From positions 124,001 through 188,000 of the forward strand of contig OZ287067.1 in the NCBI GenBank assembly GCA_965645245.1: a stretch of 64,000 nt of DNA, read 5' to 3'. The translations under genes and the position numbers were made by a program. The first letter of the stretch is position 1. Each line of letters begins with the position of its first letter. Of the stretch, positions 23,631-35,900 are shown one piece after another. The stretch is from Massalongia carnosa (taxonomy: Eukaryota). The notes beneath the pieces are model-generated. The model saw nothing but the letters and a program-made list of their open reading frames with translations, made no database searches and was not told where the DNA came from.

Positions 23631-26262
23631 AAACATACACCTGAAGAAGAGTTGACCTATGCACTTGGATTTCTAGAAGAAGAAGGGTTTCATGTACGGA
23701 CTTTAGAGAAATATCTCGTTGAAAACAATACTCCCCGAAGACGTGTTGTTGAACATTTCTTTTTCTGTAACGCTGAACAGATCCGACTGACTAGACGATT
23801 CGTCAGTGGATTTTTGATAGAAACGGATGCTACGTTCAATACAAATCAGTTGAACTTACCTCTATCGGTGTTGGTTGGCATCACCAACACAAATCAGACT
23901 TTCCCCGCGGCCTATTGTTATATAACTTCTGAATCGGCTGAGTGCTTTACGTTTCTATTTGATTGTATGAAAGATCTCTTTTTTCATGATACATGTCCTG
24001 GTCCTAGGGTCATCCTCGGAGACTTCGCCGCTGGATTGACAGCAGCGATGCATAAAAAACGGGCTAAGGAAATAAACCCGGATGCAGCAATGACCGTTGC
24101 ATTGCAAGTTGCCCAATCAATACACGAAACCGACCCTGATTGTGTGTTGCAATTATGCACGTGGCACGCAGTGGAGGCAATCAAGAAACGCCTGATCAGG
24201 GCGGGTTCATATCCTTTAGAAGTATGGAAAGAGCTGCATGAATTGATATGGGAGTGGATCAAAACTCCTACCGTTGAACAGCTGGATGAGAAGAGAAACG
24301 CGGTGATATTGAAGCTGCATGCTTCAGAAAAGGTATGAAGCCATCAAAAAACGTTAATAAGGGCTAACTCACTCCTATTTCCAGGAGTATTTTACTAGCT
24401 ATTATCAACGTCAGGAGTATCAGTTTGTTTCCGCATACACCAGAAAGTTCCCTGATTTAGGTGCACATAGCGCACAAAGGGTGGAAGGTTTGCATCCGTT
24501 GGTAAAGAATGTGACAAATAGGCATACACCTATTAAGGACTCGGTGCGGAAAATATGCGAAACAGTGCAAAGGGTTCAGGTTGACTACGAAATATCAACC
24601 AATCATCAACGAATCAACAACCCCCTGCTAATGGATAGAAGTGCGTTCAAAGACCTTATAGGTTTAATAACTCATCATGCTATTGACCTCATATCTAGAG
24701 AGTTGGATGCAGCTAAACTTTTAGCCGAAGATTTCAATCAACAGGTTTCTTTTGGAGTTGAAGGGACTGCATTAATCGAACCAACCGGTGAGGATTGTAT
24801 GTATGACTGTGATTTGCCTCCACGATACGGTCTTCCGTGCAGATGCTGCTTGTATCGTTGCGTCATTGATGTTATCCCCATACCTATCTCCCTCATTCAT
24901 CCCCGCTGGTTTTTCGATGGCCCGCCTTTTGTGGTCTCGTGGAGCATGGTTTTTGACCCCACCATAAATTTCGCTGAGATGTTTCGGAGAGCTGCTCACA
25001 GGAAGACCATAGAAGAGCAGGATGAGGAGGCGGATGAGGGGGGGAATTCTCAACAAAGTCAAGAATCTGAGCCGGAAGAGGAGATCGAGAAGGCAGTTGA
25101 CAATAATACTGGGGATAGATTTCGTCGCGGGGGTGTTGATTTGCTGATGCGGCCGGACATCAGTCTATTGATTTTCATAAATCAATAGAAAATGTGCATA
25201 GAAGGGAGGGATACGCTCGTGAATTCGCCAAATTCACTGCTATTTTCAATAAAAAATGGCAGGATAAGGAGCTGGCGAGGCCACTTATCCCTACAACTTT
25301 CCCCGACGAAATCCGACCGAAGGAAAACCTCATGTATAAAAAGAGTGGGAGTCGCCGGCGGGCTTACACTGGCCGTGAGGCAGCTGAGGCAGATGAAGCT
25401 AAGCAGCGACGTGCTAAACGTAAGGACTCGATTGAAGAAGGGAGGAGAAGAAGGCATGAGGATGAATTGCGGGCAGGCGGTGAAGCCAAGGGTATGATTG
25501 ATGATTAAAAACCCACGATATCAGCAAATCGATCGATGTAGCGCGGCTAATATTCGGTATAGATTCCGGAGATGCTATCATCGTATCTGACGACGATGCC
25601 CTGCAATATATAGCAACTCAGCCTACCCCCGATCCTCCACTCTCTCTGAATGAGAGTGATGATTTTATCCCTCCATCCCCGGCATCTTCTTCCGATTCAT
25701 TTGAAGATACTGATGAAGTGCTGGCGAAACATAGCCAAAAGGCTCTTTCCCAAACGGTTCCCTCTCCAAAAGCTCCTTCCCTTTATAGCCTCTGTCAAAA
25801 AAACATCCGCGCTAGCCAGCTACCATCCACGTCGTCTGCAACAACAACACGAGGGTCACGGGGTGTGGTAGCCAAAAAATCGAAGGCTCAGTTGGAGTTG
25901 GAGTCTCAGCAGAGGGCCGACCGAGTGGCCAAACAAGCAAGGGCTGAGGAGAGGAAAAACGCAGCTGCAAGAAAGGTTGCTAAGACTATGAAGCCTAGAA
26001 AAGATAATGTTTCGCAATTGAGTGATGCATTTTCAGAATTGAGATCATCGCAATGAGTGGTAGGAGTAGGAGTATTAGTAGTAGTATGAATAGGTAGATG
26101 AGGATTTTTCAGAATGCGGGGCTAAGCTAAATCAGCTAGAGGAAGCTTGCGGAGAGATGGTGGACGTGCACATATTTAGTATGGGGAGGTGGCTTGTAGC
26201 TAGTCCTAATTTGCAATGCTTTTCGCTGGGGGGACGGTAGGGGGACTGTCCCGAGTCTTCTC

Positions 26263-26894
26263 GGAGGTGATAAGGGCACTCATTGAACGAAAGTTTGGTA
26301 TTGGCTCGCACCCGGTCTTCCTCCTCTACTTTTCTAGTGTTTCTAACTCTTTTGTGGTGGCGTGTGCAGTCTAATACGATTAAATGGTTTTTCTTATCGT
26401 GAGTTTCTGTGACCAACGCGAAGCCTTGGGTGAAGGCATAGTCTTGAAGACGAGTCTTTGCCTCGTCCCAAGACGAAAATAACTCATTCTCTTGAGGAGG
26501 GAGGAGGTGAGGTGGGGGTAGAAGGGCAATGGCATGTTGCTTCCGTGCATCCAAAGAAGTGGGATCGAACTCCATCGCGATGAGGAGTAGTAAAATATAT
26601 AATATGAGGTATAGCATAAGTGGAAGGGGATATTTAGGGAGGGCAAAGGGTTAGGACAAGGGCAAGGGCAATTGGTAAGTGAGGGTGAGGGTGAGGGTAT
26701 CAGACCGAGTAGGGTAATTATTAGTAGCAATAACACCTCATACGATTTAAACCGAAAAGAGTTTAATGTGCTGTTGGCAGTTGCATTACTAGCTTGTACG
26801 CACCCTGGATAAGCAGTGAAATGGCTTTTACTAGCAAAGATTTACACAAGGGGGGGGGGGGGACGGTCGGGGGGGGACTGTCCCTAAGCACCTC
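26263..26894 (-). mobile_element. Truncated second MULE (MULE-B), the target of MULE-A
   Basis: ATG at 26575 encodes a close paralogue of the MULE-A N-terminus (TSLDAR...YAFTQGFALVTE...NECPYHL). The frame continues as RLK left of MULE-A (~17780-17790). Related TIR at ~26850-26894. Confidence 0.85.
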
Positions 26895-26896
26895 GT

Positions 26897-26956
26897 ATAA
26901 TCCACACCTTCAATGACAATCATGCTATTATACCTACACGTGAACTTTACTATTCA
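26897..26956 (+). repeat. LTR 3'-end fragment related to the Copia 2 LTR
   Basis: CACCTTCAATGACAATCATGCTATTATACCTAC closely matches ~33156-33188 and ~36731-36763. Confidence 0.7.
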
Positions 26957-26959
26957 TCA

Positions 26960-27849
26960 CGAATTAGTTGTTACTACGTTCTAGACTGCTTACAGATCAA
27001 ACACCTGCCGAGGCCGCGGTGGTAGATTGCCATGGAGTAAGGCGAACTCCTGTGGACACTAGCCGTGAACTCTATATGGAATCTACTGGCCTACTCGGAG
27101 CTACTCGATCTCTTGATGGATCAAGAGTTGTAGCAGGAGGCACGGCTAGCTGGACGCAGCTTGAGCTCGGCCTCCCCGGTGTAAACTTCAGCTTCAACCT
27201 TTATTGCTACGCTGGTAGTGGCGGCTGAATGAACCCACATGACTTTGTAGTCTGGACCTTGTGTCTAGAGGCAGGTCCGCAGTGTAGATAGAGATTCAGT
27301 CGGAGGTAACCTTCCATCGCTATGTTGGTAGTGGTGACGGCGAAATGAAGCTACATAGCCTCGGCGTCCAGACTTTATGTTTAGAGGCGAGCTAGCAATG
27401 TGGCGAGGGATCTAGCCGGAGGTAGAACTGTTCTACCTTGCAAGGGAAGATCTAGAAGGCTGCTCGAGGCTGACTAGATGATCCAGCGAACGTCGAGTTC
27501 GTGGATGGATCCTGAGGGATGGTTGGATGTAAGGCGATAAGGTCAGAAGTGGGCTGCAAGGCTCCTAAAATTCCAAGGCTATAGGCTTGGGGTGAGTAGG
27601 ATAAATACCAGAACGAATCCTGTAGTATTCGTTAGCAATTAGTCTTTATTCTATGAACAACCTACGTTTGGGTCTTGGACGAGATCTCTTGGCCTAAGCA
27701 CTTCCACATCTATTAGTTCTTTGGATCACGTATACTCTCGGAGACCAGCACGTAGTAGCTATCTTCCACCTCTCACGCTGAGCATTTCCCCTTTTGAGAT
27801 CAGTGTGGCTCGTGATTAGCTTACTGGTCTCGTAGCCCATTACATTACA
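26960..27849 (-). mobile_element. Probable LTR-retrotransposon remnant (LTR-like 27621-27849 plus decayed leader)
   Basis: TGTAG...TTACA termini with minus-strand AATAAA; degenerate ~115-bp tandem duplication at ~27200-27425. No recognisable protein motif. Confidence 0.4.
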
Positions 27850-28649
27850 AACTGACCGGGTTGAACGGTTTAACCCGGAACCCCGCATAAAAAACCCGAA
27901 CCCGTCGGGTCGGGTTCGAGGGAGTTCAACCCAACCCGAAACCCCGACCCCAACCCGTTGCGCGGCGTGCCCATCATATAAACGTTTTCATTCATGTTGT
28001 ATATATCCTCGTTCAATATACCATGTGGGGCCTTAATAGATAGATACAGATCGAATCACTGCTGTATTGAATCCCGATTTTGAGCTAAAAACCGTTCTTG
28101 ATCAAGCGTACGGCTATATTTCGACTGTAGTATAGGATGACGGTTGAGGAATTTTTCTGACCAGTTTTTGCCCAGCTCTTTAAAATCCTGTTTGACTCTT
28201 AATAATTCTTCTGTCATTTCGCGTAACTGCGCTATTCTAGGCGGAAATCCCCAAGACTGAAGTTTTAAACGTTCTCTAACCTCGTCTTTCAAGGTAGTAC
28301 GCAATCCCGATTTTGTAACTCGAAACTGCCGGGAAGAAGCCATTTCAGCGATGCAATTTATCGATAATCAGATATTATAATAATTATAATACCCTTTGCC
28401 TTATTAAATCAGTTTTAGGGTTTTCTTCAATAAGTTGTAGAAGAGATAATGGTTGAAAGTAAGTCTCGTGGTTTTATTAGTTCCGAATAAGCGGGTGTTC
28501 CGAATACAGGTGAATTACGTTACTCTATCCCAAGTGCGCTTAGCCGCTTTGGGGGGATGTGGCTGCTGTTGATTCGTGCGCCTGGTACAGAGCGATACAG
28601 GGTGGCTACTTAAAACACATTTGATCTTTTGATCTTTTAGGTCGCTACA

Positions 28650-31600
28650 ATGATGTGCAGCAGAGACACAGTCAAGGTCTCAGGTCTTAATATTTGGGTC
28701 AGTGGCGAGCAAGACGGTAATGCACCCGAAGTAGAGTAAGACAAATGATTCTTCATGAAGCCGCAGCATCACTGACAGGCGTTTAAGCGTTATTGCAGTT
28801 CAAGGCCTCGGTGCTCATCCATATTACACATGGATTTCGAGGCAAAATTCTGCGAAGCAACCGAAGTCTAGAAAAGCTCATCGATTCAAGTTCTTAAAAA
28901 GCTGTGCTCAGACTGGCAAACTTTCCGATGTCGCTCAAACGACATCCGACACTGATGAGGTGATGTGGCTTCGAGACTTATTGCCGAACTTCGCTTCAAA
29001 TGCTCGAGTTGCGACATACAGTTACGAGTCAGACTGGCGAAAAGCAGACATCAAAACAAGTCTCCGCAGATGTGGGGAGCAGTTTCTTAATGTTCTTTAT
29101 CAGAATCGGTTAAGTGAAAAAGTCAGTAAAGCGATCGCGGGAATTCTTCATTTGTTCTTACTAATAGTCTATATAGCAACGTCGTCGACCCTTAATTTTT
29201 ATTGGACATAGCCTTGGAGGTTTAATTATCAAACAGGTCGGTCTAGCTTGACACTAAATTTTTTAATTACTAAGGTCCTCTTTATAGGCTCTAGTATTAG
29301 CCAATCATAGTGAATATTTTAGAGATATTAAACTGTCCACGACTGGGATAATCTTTCTTGGAACACCACATCAAGGAAGTGACGCTGCAGTATATGGTAC
29401 ATGGCTTGCTCAAGCAGTAGGACATGATAAGACATTATTAGAGTCTTTAAAAACAAACAGTCCTACTCTTCATGATGTAGCGCGGGACTTCGAAACAAGT
29501 TACATCAAGGTTGATGTCGTTTGTTTTTATGAGGACAAGAAAGTGTCATATGGACCTTGGCAGACTCAGGTCTGATAACTCTGTTTTCACGCTCAACTGG
29601 GATGAAAGCTTATGACTCATAGCTCGTTGATTATCAATCAGCTTCTTTGCTTAGCAAAAGGATCATATATCTCACTACGGATCACTCAGGGTTGAATAAA
29701 TTCAATGGCCCTGAAGATGAAAATTTTCTCTTGATAAAGCCAGAGGTTCAAAGAATGATTCAGAATGCGTCTCAAAGAGTCGAGGAACATTATCACTGTA
29801 TGATTTATTTTCCTTACTCTAGATTTCATGTTTTTCAAGGCTTCTCTGACTTTTTGTCAGCTCCTGTTGAAATCTGCGTAAAAAAATCGTTCCACGTTGA
29901 ATTCAGTCTTCAGGGCATTCCTGTGATGAATTATTTTGTGGCCCGAGACGCAGAGATGACTCAATTGACTCAGAATTTACTTCCCACCACCGTAGGCTTA
30001 ATGCGTCGTAAAGTATTCATTCTTCACGGGCTTGGCGGGATTGGAAAGACTCAGCTCTCCGTTGAATTCGCTCGACAATATCACAAGAACTACACCGCGG
30101 TCTTCTGGGTCGATGGTTCGACTAAGGAGAGACTGAGGCGAAGCATTGCTGATCTTGCTGGTCGACTACCACAGCATCAGATATCTGAAAATAGCAGAAA
30201 TTATTCACAGGAGAAAAGCATGAAGAATAACGCAGATGTGAATGAGATCGTTAAGGATGTGCTTAATTGGTTATCACAGTCATCAAATGATCAATGGCTG
30301 CTAATTTTTGACAATTTGGATCGAGAGTTTTCCGTATCAATTGAAGATCCGAAAGCCTTCAATGTTCAAGATTTTTTCCCAACGGCAGATCAAGGATCTA
30401 TCCTTATCACTTCTCGACTAGCCAGTTTATATCATTTGGGTACGGATATGAAAGTGAAACCGGTCAATCAATTGCAAGGAGAAAGTATTCTCGAGAAGTG
30501 TCTCGGGCAATCCATGCAAGGTCAGTGCAATAAGAAGCATACTTGCTCGGGCATTATCTGACATTCGAGACTTATTAGATTTATTCAAGATTGTCAATCA
30601 ACTGCAAGGCCTTCCTCTGGCGATTAATCAAGCCGGTTTATACATGCGGAAAACAGGCACAAACGTGTCTGGGTACATTAAATCATATAATCACACATGG
30701 GAAAAATTAATGAACAAGCAGCATCGCTCCACATTTCAAGCAGACACAGATCGCAGTGTTTTGACAACATGGATATTATCTTTCAATCACCTCCAGGCGC
30801 AAAGTGAGGACGCAGCGAAACTTTTAATGCTGTGGGCGTTTCTCGACAATCAAGATCTCTGGTACGAGCTTTTTGCGTCTGCGCTAGATCTTGACATTGT
30901 CGACAAGATGCCTGATTGGTATATCAGATGTGCAGGTGATGAACTTGAATTCAAAGACTGCATAGGACTACTTTTGGAATATTCCTTTATCGATGCAAAA
31001 ATTGAATCAACTTCCTTCTTTATGCATCCTGTGCTTCATCAATGGTCATTTCACGCATTTGAGAAAGAGAACACTGATATGAGCTGGCTTGCCATGATTA
31101 TTGTCGCGTCCGCTGTACCTTTAGAGACTGTGCCTAACCATTCTTTCATATCGAGACGTCTTCTGCCACATTGCGATCGTGTTTTCCCATTACTGAAGCA
31201 TCACATACAAGAAAGCTTTGTTAACGAGACAGATCCTTTATCTTTTAGCTACGCATGTCATGAATTAGGTCGTCTGTACTCCGATCAAGGCAAAATGAAA
31301 GAAGCCGAAGAAATGTATCTGCGGGCACTGACAGGCTACGAAAAGGCCTGGGGCGTCGAGCACACGTCGACGCTCGACACTGTCAACAATTTAGGAGCTC
31401 TGTACTTCAATCAAGGCAAAATGAAAGAAGCCGAAGAAATGTATCTGCGGGCACTGACAGGCAAGGAAAAGGCCTGGGGCGTCGAGCACACGTCGACGCT
31501 CAACACTGTCAACAATTTAGGAGCTCTGTACAGCGATCAAGGCAAAATGAAAGAAGCCGAAGAAATGTATCTGCGGGCACTGACAGGCTACGAAAAGGCC

Positions 31601-31870
31601 TGGGGCGTCGAGCACACGTCGACGCTCGACACTGTCAACAATTTAGGAGCTCTGTACTTCAATCAAGGCAAAATGAAAGAAGCCGAAGAAATGTATCTGC
31701 GGGCACTGACTGGCAAGGAAAAGGCCTATGGACCTAAGCATAAATCGTCCTTTGACACAAGATATAATTTAGGAATTTTGTACAAGAAAAGATCTATGTT
31801 TGAGGATGCGACACATCACTTCAAGCTTGTCGTACAAGGCTATACAAGTACACTAGGATCCGATCACTAG
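28650..31870 (+). CDS. NLR-like STAND protein: SesB-like alpha/beta-hydrolase, NB-ARC, TPR (multi-exon)
   Basis: Manual splicing gives DVIAVQGLG, WLRDLLP, FIGHSLGGLIIKQA, FLGTPHQGS, DHSGLNKF; Walker A LHGLGGIGKT; Walker B WLLIFDNLD; GLPLAI; MHP; 42-aa TPRs. About six short introns; start codon uncertain. Confidence 0.9.
31274..31727 (+). repeat. 126-bp near-identical TPR-coding tandem repeat (~3.6 units)
   Basis: Units start at 31274, 31400, 31526 and 31652. Confidence 0.97.
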
Positions 31871-32938
31871 GAGACAGTTGATGCCCAGAATGAACTGAAA
31901 AGCTGCGACTCCGAACAGTTAAACAGCTTAACTGATGTATCTGACACGGATCATGCCTCAAACTATATCGCAGAAAACGATCGACTAACTAAACTGTGAG
32001 ACTGAAATTATATTGACGATACAGAGAGGCTGATCGAGACAACTGTAGTGTTTGGGGGTTTCATTTAAAACTGATTTCTTGTCATGAGTATGCATACATC
32101 AAAATGATTCAGCCATGGTGGAAGGTAATACCGGGACATGAGAAGAGAGGTGTACATATTTTCTCTAACGTGCTCATTGATTCAGGTTTTAGTCTCAAAA
32201 GATCTTTTATCTATCTGTCACTACCGATGTACAACTTTTCATCTAAATATCATCTCATTATCATTATCTATTGTTTGCGAAAAATCAACGCTTAGCCTGC
32301 CTAATTCCTTTACTCAAGGCCTGATGACGCGGACATGCCTCTCGCCCTAGGCCTCCACGCCTCGCTCTATCTATATCTGCTATATCTGTGGCTGAGATAT
32401 GTAGGGAACCACACCCCAGCGATAAGCAATTTCCCCTATATCTAAGCGACAAAGTCTCCAAATGAATGAGTGATCATCAAGCTCCTGCTAATGCTCCGAA
32501 GAATCGACATTCAACGAAGTAAGAAGCAAAAAGCATGTGAGAATATCATCTGTATGTGCTTTAACTCTCTACCACACTTCCCCGCCTAGTTACTATCCCG
32601 CTTTGTCCCCGGCGCCGATCACACGCAAGCCCTCCCTTCCTCCACCAACCTGAAATATTTAATCTCGTTCTGTCCCAGTCATGCGCCATACATATATCTA
32701 ACAGACCCTCCCGATCTCTCCCAAACCCAGAAAACCTCAACTCTTCAACTCTTTCAGAACCAAACTGTCATGACCTGCCATGTTCAATGAACCTCCAGCC
32801 AATTTCAATGAATCTTCAGTCAGGTTCAATGACACTCATGACATTTATATCAGTTTAGCTGATGGGTTGTATGATTCGATGAATCAGCACCTCGACGAAC
32901 GGCCCGGCACTCGGCTTCCAGCCCTCGGAAGAGTACCC

Positions 32939-35900
32939 TGTTAAATGGTAAGGCTACCATCAGTTAGATGGTCAGACTACCACTAGTATAGGCATCCATC
33001 GTGAGCCTCGGGAGGTGCCTTGCAAAGTGCCTAAAAAAAGCAAATATGGGAGTCAAGTTCTGACCGTCAGGGGACAAGGTCTGACCGTTTAGGCTCCTAG
33101 ATGTGACTGTTTTGTGACTGTTATATAAAGCAGACAAATAGCCCACATAGATAATCACCTTCATTGACAATCATGCTACTATACCTACAAAGTGAATTTA
33201 TATTTCATAGGTTATGAGCCCGGCTTACTTCTGCTACGTCTGAAAAGCCTCCACATTGATTGTCAACCAACTTACCTCCATCCCTCCATCTACTCCATTC
33301 TATACTATATATATTCCCTACCTCCGTCCGCGCCAAAGTCAAAGTATCAGTCCATTCCACAGGATCACTGCCCTATTCCTCATTTCGTCTTTCTTGTAGC
33401 ATCATGGCTAAAAGGGAGAGCCTATACACGTTCCCCAAACTGATGGGGAGCGGGAACTATAAGAAATGGTCCAGAGACATGGCCTTCGCCCTGCAGGAAG
33501 CGGAACTTTGGAGTTATGTTACTGGGGCCCGGAAAATACCTCGAGAGATTACCTTTCCATCAAATAGTTCTGATGATGACGAAGTCTCTCTGGAAGAAAC
33601 ACAGGATTAGCTCGATAAGCGGGATCAACGGGACCTTGAACGACTGGAGTTCGAGGAAAAGTAAAGAAGAGTAGTAGGAAAGATAGGCAAGATGTGCACG
33701 GACGACGTGCAGCAAGAATTCTTGTCGATGAGCGACCTAGCCAACGGTGAGATCTGGAATCCCAAGGACCTCTGGGAGCATTTGAAGACCCGTTATACAT
33801 TGAAGAACTGGAGTGCTAAGTGGAGCACCTTCAACCGGCTAGAGGAGATCAATTATGAAAAGTGCAAGACCATTGAGGAGTACGGTAGCCTGGTCAGAGA
33901 TATCAAGGCTGAGATCACCGACATTTCCATCTCTGTCGAGCAAATAGTGGTGCTCAAGCTTCTCAACGGACTTGGTAGTTCATTTAGCACCTACCCGACC
34001 ATCCTGAACGAATAGGCCCGGCGGGAGGATAAAATCCCTGCGCTGGATGGACTACTGAAGAACCTGGAGGACGAAGAAGCTCGAATGCGCCAGGACTCTG
34101 TTGCCATAGCTAACATGCTGAAGGCAAAGTAGAATAAGAACCCCACTGGAGAGGGTAAGAGCAAATGTAAATATTGTGGTTATAACCACTCCGGGAAATG
34201 CAGGCATAGCAACGCCACATGTAGGAAATGTGGTAAGACCGGCCACCTGGAACGCGTTTGCGAAGACAAAGGAGGTAATGAAACCTCGAAACCCTAAATA
34301 GTTTGTACAATAAGGGAATGTTCCGGGAAAAGAACCCAGGAAACACCGCCTATTTGTATGGCAAATCTGTACCGAGGCCCCAAGAATGCCCACGATCTAT
34401 TGATCGACTCCGGTGCCACCGCGCACATTATATGCAATAAAGATCTCTTTCAAGAAGGGACCTTTCGGAGCGAAAATATCTGTTTAGAAACAGGTTCCGG
34501 AGAGGTTTTATCGACAGAGGGGAAAGGCTCTCTACTCGTATCACTGCACAATGGAAATGGAGATGTAACGGACCTCATTTTGACCAACGTCCTTTCGCCC
34601 CCGACCTAAAATTCAACCTCATCAGCAAAATACAACTCGCCAAAAAGGGCATATCTACGTACCTGATGGCGGATGACAAGCCCGCTCAACTGGTGCATAA
34701 AGGAAAGGTGGTTGGACTGGCCAAAACAATAAATAATCAGTATATAAATAATCAGTATATAAATAATCAGTATATAAATAATCAGTATATAAATAATCAG
34801 TGTATTTTGCAGACAACCACTATTAGCCCTACCGAAGCACGGGCCCTCACCACCACAAACGGTACAAAGGCCCCTATCCAAACATGGCACGAACGACTAG
34901 GCCATCTCAGCTACCCAAACCTCCTAAAATTAAATCATTTAGCCAATGGAGTCACCATCGAAGGACCCATACCAGAAGAAGTATGCGGCTCATGCATGAT
35001 GGGAAGACAACAGCGGAAAATAAATCGCACTCCACGAACCCGAGCAACAGAATTTCTCGGAATAGTGCATAGCGACTTAGGGGGACCATTTCCACTGACA
35101 AGGTTCGGTGAACGTTTTTATGCTACGATGAAAGACGACTTCTCCGGGGTAGTGTGGATCTACCTGCTGAAATCAAAGGGTCAAACTTTCGAATGTTTTA
35201 AGCAGTTCAAGACATGGATAGAAAATCAATCGGGAAAGAAAATAAAGAGACTCCGAGCTGATGGAGGAGGGGAGTACACCAGTGGTGACTTCCAGGAATT
35301 CCTAAAGAGTGAAGGCATCCAGTGGGAGGCCCGGGCACCAAATGTGCCAGAACAGAATGGGAAGGCCGAAAGGCAAAATTATACCCTCATGGTCCCCACT
35401 CGGTCCATGATGAAGGCTAAAAAGCTTCCAAAGTCCCTTTGGGGGGAGGTCCTGAAGACGGCCGGGTCGACGAGGTCACTCCATATGAACGCATGAATAA
35501 TGCGAAACCCTTCCTCGGCCACATGAGAACGGTCGGGGCTAGGACGTGGGTACATATCCCAAAAGAGAAGCGCAAGAAGCTGGACGATAGGTCCTGGCAG
35601 GGGATAATTGTTGGGTATGAAGGAAACAATCAGTATCGAATTTACGATCCTCTCACTGGAAAAGTCCATGTTTGTCGCGATATCACCGTCGACGAAGGCA
35701 ATATATATAATTCCAAGGACAAAAAGGCCTGGGACCTAGCCGACATTCCATGGGAGGGAGACGATGATGCTTTGTTTGATGACCCAGATGATTTTGTTGA
35801 TGAAAACAAAAGTCATAATCCGCCATCTTCGTTGTCTCCGAAAACTCCGAGCTCTGAAATATCGAGAGGTTCGGAATTTCAAAATGAAACGGCCCCACCA

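Larger units (their letters stand above)
18005..26056 (+). pseudogene. MULE transposase (FAR1-like N-terminus + MULE DDE domain), disrupted
   Basis: YAFTQGFAL...C...HNH; TDATFNTN, GDFAAGL, LCTWH, YGLPCRC. Stop at 18485; Copia insertion; probable intron ~24333-24384. Confidence 0.9.
17801..26262 (+). mobile_element. Mutator-like element (MULE-A), interrupted by Copia 1
   Basis: ~90-bp TIRs starting GAGAAGACTCGGGAC (17801-17891, 26173-26262); flanking direct repeat GGAGGTGATA (17790-17799, 26263-26272). Confidence 0.92.
17613..27969. mobile_element. hAT-like non-autonomous element containing nested TEs
   Basis: TIRs TACGCCGCGCAACGGGTT / AACCCGTTGCGCGGCGTG; 8-bp TSD CCCATCAA (17605-17612) / CCCATCAT (27970-27977); dense AACCCG/CGGGTT subterminal repeats; same TIR as the MITE at 5176. 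Confidence 0.82.
17400..28520 (-). mobile_element. pogo/Fot1-like DNA transposon remnant, interrupted by 10.4-kb hAT-like insertion
   Basis: ACGTAAT-type TIR ending 28520 followed by TA; CENP-B-like segment (WGFPPR...LGKNWSEKFLNRHP); YNMNENVYMMG at ~27970-28000 continues as IAGSSKIV left of 17605. Left boundary approximate. Confidence 0.8.

Noticed and set aside
32000..32930. Short ORFs and TTCAATGA repeats downstream of the first NLR
   Set aside because: No recognisable protein motifs; likely TE debris with undefined boundaries.
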